64,000 bases of DNA from Octopus sinensis (Eukaryota). The first letter of the stretch is position 1, and each line of letters begins with the position of its first letter. The position numbers and the translations under genes were made by a program. Shown in pieces: positions 55,848-64,000 of this stretch. The stretch is taken from positions 203,298,001 through 203,362,000 of the forward strand of contig NC_042997.1 in NCBI RefSeq assembly GCF_006345805.1, read 5' to 3'. Below the pieces are notes generated by a model that saw only the letters and a program-made list of their open reading frames with translations, ran no database searches and had not been told where the DNA came from.

Positions 55848-56708
55848 CACAAAGTCTGATCAATAAGTATCCAAACTGTTGCCATAGTAACGAAGCTAAA
55901 ACACACAGAGTGAAGCTGCTTGGCAAAGATTGACCTTGAACTCTGCTGTGCATGTGCACTAAGTTTTAACATTCTAGCTCACTTCTGCTTTGAACAGCAG
56001 TGCTTGGAAGGAAGGAGCATAGAGTGTGATCATCATATTGACCATGACAGAGAAAACCGTCATGGTGCGACCTGCTCAGAGGCCTATGCAAAGTTGCAGA
56101 AAATGTATGAGCGGCACACAAGTGGTTCAGATGTTTCCAAGATGGCTGAAAAAATGTCAATATTGACGAATGTTCTGGGAGACCCGCAACCAGCAGAACT
56201 GAGAAAAGCAACGATGTGCATGCAGCTGTGAGGGGGAATCATTGAATCACCATCTACAAGTTATCAGAGGATGTACAGATTATTTACGGTTCATTTCAGT
56301 CCATTATCGCCGAAGATTTGGGTATGAGACACATGTCTGACAAGTTTGTGCCAAAACTGCTTTCAGCTGACCAAACAGATACTCGGGGTTTCATCATCAT
56401 CATCAATTAATGTCCATTTTCCATGCTGGCATGGGTTGGATGATTTGAGAACTTTTTAGGCCTCTGAGCAGGTATTGCCAAGCTTTTGGCAAAATTCGAT
56501 GCAGATTCTCTGCTCAACTTTCCCAGACATGGTCAATGCAATGCTCACAAGTTACACAATTCTTTCCAAGCACTGCTGTAAACAGTGGAAGTGAACTAGA
56601 ACATGGTAACTTAGTTTGAAGGTCAATCTGAACCAAGCGGCTTCACTCTGCATACTTTAGCTTCATTACTATGGCAACAGTCTGGATACTTATTGATCAG
56701 ACCATGTA
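55848..56708. mobile_element. Non-autonomous mariner made of two inverted 5' ends, third lineage
   Basis: Both ends read GTCTGATCAATAAGTATCC inward. The left arm encodes ...GRPATSRTEK...GSFQSIIAEDLGMRHMSDKFVPKLLSADQ; the right arm (minus) encodes MSGKVEQRICIEFCQKLGNTCSEA. An RTE tail lies at 56393-56448 between them. Confidence 0.8.
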
Positions 56709-56724
56709 TCCATATGGTGTATCA

Positions 56725-57378
56725 TTATCAATAGAGTGATGGCTTTGTAGAATTGCAACAGCTTCAGATAAAAAATACCTTGCAGTATCTCTTTTGGCTC
56801 TTTACACTGAGTTCAAATCCTGCTGTGGTCAACTTTGTTCTTCATCCTTTCAGAGAGTAAGATAAAGTATCAGTCAAGTACTGAAGTCAATGAAGTCAGC
56901 AAACTCTCGCCCCTCAAAATTGCTGGGTTTGTGCCTAAATCACTAAAAATTCTTATTAAGGCAGTGAGCTGACAATCGTTACCACATTGAACAACATGCT
57001 AAGCATTTCTTCCTGCTTTACATTCTGACTTCAAATGTCACTGAGGTCAACTTTGCATTTCATTCTTTCAGGGTCAATAAATTCCACTGTAATTGATAAG
57101 CCCCACCCAACAAAATTCTAAGTCTTGTGCCAATAGTAGAAAGAATTATTATTACAATTATTACAGTGGCAAGCTAACAAAATTGCTAGAGTGTCAGGAG
57201 AAATACTTTGCAGTGTTTCTTCCAACTCATTATGAGTTGAAATTCCAAGATCAACTTTGCCTTTCATCCTTTCAGGGTCAATAAAACAAATTTCTTTCAA
57301 GTACAGGGGTCAATGTAATCAACTTGCCCCCTCCCCTAAAAAATTGCTGGTCTTGTATCTAAATTAGAAATAATTATT
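56725..57378 (+). mobile_element. Three head-to-tail SINE copies (CATCCTTTCAG family)
   Basis: Units start at about 56735, 56958 and 57165; each has a GGTCAACTTTG...CTTTCAG-like block and ends in TTGTGCC plus an ATT-rich tail. Confidence 0.7.
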
Positions 57379-60300
57379 ATCAGTAATAATAGTAGTAGCA
57401 ATGTTCATGCCTATATCTTGTATAGCTTTTGTGTTGTTTCACAAACCATCCAAGCAAGGGGAATACCAGCAGGTGTGTGTGTGAGAGAAAGAGAGGATCA
57501 TATTTTTTCTCTGTTTCACTTTAGTGTCTAATTTAAGGCATTTCCATTTACTTCATATACAGTGAGCCCCTTTAAGAAATTTTCTGCTGGTTCTATCTCC
57601 ATATCTAGCATTGGTGGAATATTTACCAGTCTTTCATTCCACAACTGTATACAATAAATACATCACAGGCATTCTTGTTGCAACTCCTGCTAGAAAATTC
57701 CTGTGAGTTAACGCCTAACAGTATATTCAATGTCTCAATGATCTCTGAAAGAATGGTAAGTCATTCCTTCAAAGACCATTCATTCATTCACTTGGACAGA
57801 CACACACACCCACAATGAATTAAACTACAGCTATTTTAGATACAAATAGGTTAAGCACCCACACACTAAAGAAAATGATTCAACCAGGAATAAACTCACT
57901 AAAAGTACTGAATAAAGAAAAGATTCTTCTACAGTGCAGGAGAAAAAAATATATTCTAAATATATAATTTCCAGATGACCTGACAGATAAGAAAAAGAAG
58001 TGTCTGTTTTTATATAGGTAGCTTCTGGTTTTATGTAGTTTAAATTATGTGAATGATTTCCTCTATAATTTTGTTAATTATAAATCCTCTTCAATGTGAA
58101 CCTATCTTCTAGCTACCAATATCTTTGTTGTGATTTTATTGTTTCTATTTTTTTTTTTTTTTAATGTATAAATGATGGGGTCTTCACTGCCAGGTATTAT
58201 TATATACAAAATGAGAATGGAAATTTACTAAATATTTCAAACTATTATGTTCTATTGTTAATATTTTTCTTTTATGAACCTGTCAGAGAGAAAAAGGAGT
58301 CTCAAACATTTATGAATATTTCTAGTAAAAGAGGGTAAGACATAGATAACAGTATGGGAAATTTAAATGCAGTTTCTTTATTTAACAGCTATTTTCCATG
58401 TTAGAACATAGCAAGATTAGAGGAAAATGAGACAGAATTTTTACAGCTTGAAGCTCTTTCTATTATCAATTTTTACCTGTTTTCCACAAAAAAAAAAAAA
58501 AAAGGGATTTTTTTAGTCCAGGGAAATTTTAAAGTGTAGCGATAGCAGATAATTTAAGAAATGTCAAAAATTACCTATTACAGCCCAACCACAACTGGAA
58601 ACATCACTGATTGATGCTGAACTTCAAGCAATAACATCACCATCCATAGCCATACTGCAGCATAGATAGTAAACATTCACACAAATAAACATACATACAT
58701 CCATTACCATTTGTGGATGGGCTGCAACAGGTGATTTTTGTTGATATTTCTTGTCAACAAATTGTCTTCTAGCTCTGCACGTTTAAATTCCACTGGAATA
58801 AAATTTAGATCAGAAACACAAACAAAAATGGTTTCTTTCAGTTTCCTACCAAATTCTCTCACAAAACATATGTCAACCCAGGGCTAAAGTAGGACATTTG
58901 CCCAAAGTGTCATGCAGTGAGATTGAACCTGAAACCACATAGTAGAAAAGCATACTTCTTAACCAGATTTCTATCAAATCAATACTAAATAAAATTCAAT
59001 GGTATTAAGATTTAGTTCATTAAAAACTTACAAACAAAAAAAGTAGATCAATAAAATAAAAGCAGTATGATTAAGAAGTTTGTTTTTAACCACATGATTT
59101 TGTGTTCAATCCCACCACCTGGCATCTTAGGTAGGCATTTACTGTAACCCTGCACTAACCAATGCCTTGTGAGGGAATTTGAAACACAGAAATCACAGAA
59201 AGCCCATCATAGATACAAATAAATGAGAGAGAGCACATACAAATGTGCAGGAATGTTGATACTCCACACTTCTCACCACATTATGATTGGTCATTCAGCA
59301 CTTCCATAGACCTCCGAAATATACGTTAAAAAAATCCCTTACTAGAAACCAGGCATTGGTGACATGAAGAACATCCAGCCATAAAATCCTGCCTCAATTA
59401 ACATAATGTCTATACCTATGGTAAAAATCAGGTATGGGTTAGGTGGAGTTTATTGAGGCAAATTTTCTACGGCCAGCTGCCCTTCTTGTCACCAACCCAA
59501 ACCTGTTTTCTAAGCAAGGTTCCATTTTCCCATGGCCAGACATGTTTTCATAGAATACTGGAAATGAACAGCACCACTTGTACGACAGTGACACTCATTT
59601 ACAATTAATTATCAGACAATGTCAAAAGAAAGAAACACTTTCAGCTTCTGTTCACCAAATCCAATCACAAGGTTTTGGTCAATCAAGGATTATTGAACAC
59701 TTGCCCAAGGTGCCATGCTGTGGAACTGAACTGAAAACCATGTGGTTGAGAAGCTACACACATTTTTTTTTTCTCTCAGGTAAGCCATTTCATTCCACTC
59801 ACTTCAGAGAAATCATGAACAATCAAATGCCTGTTTCCTCTCTTAAGAATATAAACCTTGCATTCCAATGTGAGATTTAAAAAAAAAATGTCTGGAATAA
59901 AATAGAAATATCTATTAACAGTTTTGAAAACTGAATTGAATATATTCAGCTTCAGATTATCCACCCACCACCATCCACCTGTTTCAAAATCAAAGTGTTT
60001 ATAATAGTTTGTATTGTTTGAAATATTTTTTTCTGAAAGGGGAGATATAAAAATCTCCTTCCACCTATAAATCACAAATGTCAAGAGAAAATTGAAACCA
60101 AATTATTAGTTCACATCAGAACATTTTTTTAACTCATCATATATATAAAGAATATTCAGCATAATGTTCAATGACAGCAACGTAAACAAAACTAAATTTA
60201 ATGAAGAAACCTCTTCCAAGTTGCTCAATTTGCTAAAAAATAGTATCCTAAATATCATTCAAATCTCCCTGTAGTCTTAAAAAAAAAGAAAGGAAAAGGA

Positions 60301-61413
60301 TACATTTGATAATTAATATAGCTTTAATATAAAAAAAAAAGACAGGTTTGATTGAAAATTGATCACTGATCGGAGAGCTTCTAAACCAGGACTAACCCAG
60401 AGATAAATAACAAACTAAGCAGAAATTTACTTCACACATGCACTCAGAAAAATACCCCCAAACTACACCCTATTTTTATATATCCCAAGTCATCTGCTAT
60501 GTTGACATAACCATCAAAATATTTAATGGAGTTGAGTTGCAATCATCATACTTTAACATCTATTTTCCATGCTGGCATGGGTTGGACAGTCCAACCTATG
60601 CCAGCATGCTTAACAAGCTCCATATTTAGGACCCTGGGAGATGCTACCAGATAAAATTAGACCTAGGAATAATAGTGACTTCTCAAAACCTAAGAACTCT
60701 TGAACCAGGGCCCCACCACTGGATACAGCTTAAAGTCAAACAAAATGACTTGTCATCAATAAAAAAGTGCAGCTATATGGTTAAAACACTTGTTTCCCAA
60801 ACACACAGTTCTGGGTTCAGTCCCTCAGCATGTCAACTGTCTACTATAGTCCTGAGCCAACCAGAAGTCTTGTAAGAGGATGTGGTAAATGGAAACTGAC
60901 AGAAGTTCATCGTGTGTGTGTGTGTGTGTGTGTGTTGACATCCCATGATTGTAGCTGGGTTCTTTGTTTCCAAACTTCTGTGAAAACATGTCTAACCATA
61001 GGGAAACAGATGAAGGCAGTGACAGGAAGAGCATCTGACCAAAGAAAATCTGCTTCAACTAATTCCATCTAACCCATATGGACATAGAAAAGTGGACATC
61101 AAAAATAATGATGATGATGATATTCCAATGTACCAGAAATCTAAAGTCTCACAAAACTTATCTTAAAATATTTCAGCCTGATTTGGCTTCTGCAACATTG
61201 GCTGGGAACATCTGTTACAAATAAAAAAAAATAATTTATTTTATAAAATTTAGTTTTTTCCCCTTAGTTTCCAATACTGATCCTTTTTTGTTACTATTTA
61301 ACCCCAGGAAAATCATTACTGAGCAGTCCTAAGATCAAAAGCATCCTAACTGTGACCACTCGTCTTTTATTATCCAAGACTACACTATCCAATAATCCAA
61401 TGTCATTCCATAT

Positions 61414-61636
61414 TTAACCCTTTTATTACCAACCCGGCTGAAACCGGCTCTGTTGTACAAATGTCTTGTTTTCTTAAGGTTTCAATTAAAATCTTCCACC
61501 AAACCTTAGACAAAATTTATGTTCCTAATACAAGCTGAATGATAACCAAGTTATTTTACTAAATTCTTTGTTATATTTAAAATAATTGAAAGAAACACAG
61601 AGCATCTCAAAATAAATACAGTAACGAAAGGGTTAA
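61414..61636 (-). mobile_element. piggyBac-type MITE, complete, inverse to 4-232
   Basis: TTAA-CCCTTTTATTACC ... GTAACGAAAGGG-TTAA; the internal sequence is the reverse complement of 4-232. Confidence 0.85.
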
Positions 61637-64000
61637 GGCAGAGAGGTTTAATCCAATGGAGATTTAGTTGCTATTTCTAGTTGGTCTATCAACTATGCAG
61701 ATGTCTCCCCTCAGTGCTATTTCGTTATTGTTGTCCTTTCATCCTTGATATGTCTGTCTATACAGTATTATTGGCAGTGTGGCATTCACTGATTCAATTA
61801 CACTATAAATTGTGATGTAATAAAAGACTTATGTAAAAAATAATTCAATTTGTTATAGGAACCAACATTATTATATTGTAGAGAATGTATTGAAATAAAA
61901 CAAACTCGGAAGTTTTGATTACTGAACAAAAACAAACGCAAAAAGAGATTGTCCAAAAGCTCTAATGGAATTATCTGTTTTTGTACATTATTGTTCTGGA
62001 TAATAATACACAGGATGGACAGTAACAGTAATGGACCTCCATGCAGTCGCTCAAACTACTAGTAATAGCAGTCAAATAGCCCTGAAATAACACCCTCCAA
62101 TCTTAGACAAGAAAAGAACAGACAATAATTTAGTGTTACATGCTTTTAACAAAAAGAAAAATAAGTGGGAGAGATGGCTATGATTAGAATACCTTTAGTC
62201 ATAGGTTTGACCAATCAGGGTTGACCTGGAGCCAAACAACATCAACAGTAACAGTGATGGAACAATTCACAGCAGCAGTGGAGATTCAAGCAGTACAAAT
62301 ACTGAATATTATTATCAAATGGCTGCAACTTCTGCTTTGCTCCCACAAGCAGATATGTTGTTTTAACTTTTCCTTGCTTTCAAGAAATTTAGGATTTATT
62401 CTCATTTCTTCTTCACACACACACAGTATACACAACTGAAGCAATATTGAATTAAAATAGCCATCTGTTCATCAATGTATATATACCATTGACAGGCTAG
62501 TTATCATGGTATTTGTCTAGAGATAACATCTCTTATGGACATGCTGTGTTAAAAACACAAACGACGTGCTGTGTTAAAAACACAAACATCACAGGGATAT
62601 GAAAAACTGCCTTAAGAGTGGCCAGTGAAAATGCCAAATGTCTTCACATCACCTGGTAACTGTAAATAAGTGTTACTGTTATACAAGCAGCATCATTTAT
62701 TTCCAGTACTTAGCAAAAACATGTCTGGCCACAGTGAAATGTTACTGTGCTTGGAAATAGATGAGGGTTGGCAACAAGAAGGGCATCCAGTCATAGAAAA
62801 TCTTTCTCAATAAACTACTCCAACCCATGCAAACATGGAAACGATGGTGTGTGTGTGTGTGTGCATGTGCGCACCTAACTTGTGTAATGCTATATGTAAA
62901 TAGTTACTAATTTTTGTGTTTGTAAATGGAATTTTTCAGATCAGCAGCAATGGCCTTATTCCAACTTTTTGTTATAGGCATTTAATGAAAGAACACAGAA
63001 CAGTATGGTAATTGAAACATAAACGAGTGGTTTATAGTTCCAATATTAAATTTTAACAAGTAACAGACGACTCCTTACTGGTTGAAAACAACTGAAAATT
63101 ATTTTCAAAATTACTTTTGCAGCTTCAACATGACATTCTCTTAATATATATAATTTACAATGTTACTTTCTGAAAGAAAACATGTCAAAACTAGTTGTTC
63201 TTATTTATTGGTATGTTAAGGTTAAAAAATAATATTCAAATTTCTGACATCTTGCATAACAAGTTGCCCAAGAACAATTTTCTTGTATATCGAATTGTCT
63301 GTGTTTATATCAGCTGCATGCTTTTCGGGAAATATTCTGTCAAAGAAATCCTTGTTCTTAGATTTCTAGTCACTGTGGTCTTAAAAATTGTAACAACATG
63401 AACAATGAAAACATAACTAGAAAAGTACTCAAGAATCTATAAATTCTAACTGAATAGCAAACAAAAAATAAAATACAGAATAATGACAATAATGTGTCTA
63501 ATAAAAACGTTATCAGAATTATTGAAAATATACAACTGGGAATTCTTAACAAAAATTCTACACTTCAAATTAAATATACAGGAGAGATGTTTCAATAGAA
63601 TTCCTGTGAACAGTAGAATTCTTCTACAGTTTAATTTTTATTTTTATCATTATCATTGTGAAGGTGTAATGCTTAATAGTTGGAGAGTATGGTTCAAGAT
63701 TGTTAAGTTGTGGGTTCAATTTCCATAATGGACAATGCATTGTGTCATTGAACAAACGGTTTCATATCGTTCCAGTCACCATCATCATTGTTTTAATGTC
63801 CACTTCCAGATATTGGATCAGATGGAATTTTATTGAGGTGGACTTTCTACAACTGGATGCCCTTTCTGTCACTAACCTTCGCCTGTTTCCAATTAAGGTA
63901 ATATTTTCCCCACGGCCAGACATGTTCCTGCAGTATACTAGAAATGAGTGACACTACTTGTATGGCAGTAACAATCATATAACTAACACATGATGTCAAG

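Noticed and set aside
57674-57755. Plus-strand GILVATPARKFL resembling DEAD-box motif Ib
   Set aside because: The next candidate exon would need a 19-nt intron and no other helicase motifs are nearby.
62221-62370. Ser/Asn-rich plus-strand frame ending EYYYQMAATSALLPQADMLF
   Set aside because: It begins inside the (AAC)n tail of a SINE, has an upstream in-frame stop and lacks a convincing acceptor.

Overview
AT-rich, microsatellite-rich eukaryotic DNA made almost entirely of transposon relics. The repeat families (RTE 3' ends with (GAT)n tails, tRNA/CORE-type SINEs, TTAA MITEs) look like those I recognise from Octopus; that assignment is inference. I could not identify a host protein-coding gene; a few minus-strand candidate exons are listed at low confidence. 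Recognisable elements: three decayed mariners, an internally deleted piggyBac (PGBD4-like) with related TTAA MITEs, a non-autonomous Helitron, RTE, L2/CR1 and HERO-like LINE fragments, several SINE families and a truncated tRNA-His copy. Most notable: (1) a head-to-head palindromic tRNA-headed element ending in a minimal Penelope-type hammerhead ribozyme motif (52.7-53.0 kb); (2) a composite Helitron that appears to carry a piggyBac 5' end (21.2-22.4 kb); (3) a fold-back mariner made of two 5' ends (55.8-56.7 kb). All alignments were done by eye and repeat boundaries are approximate unless termini are quoted.
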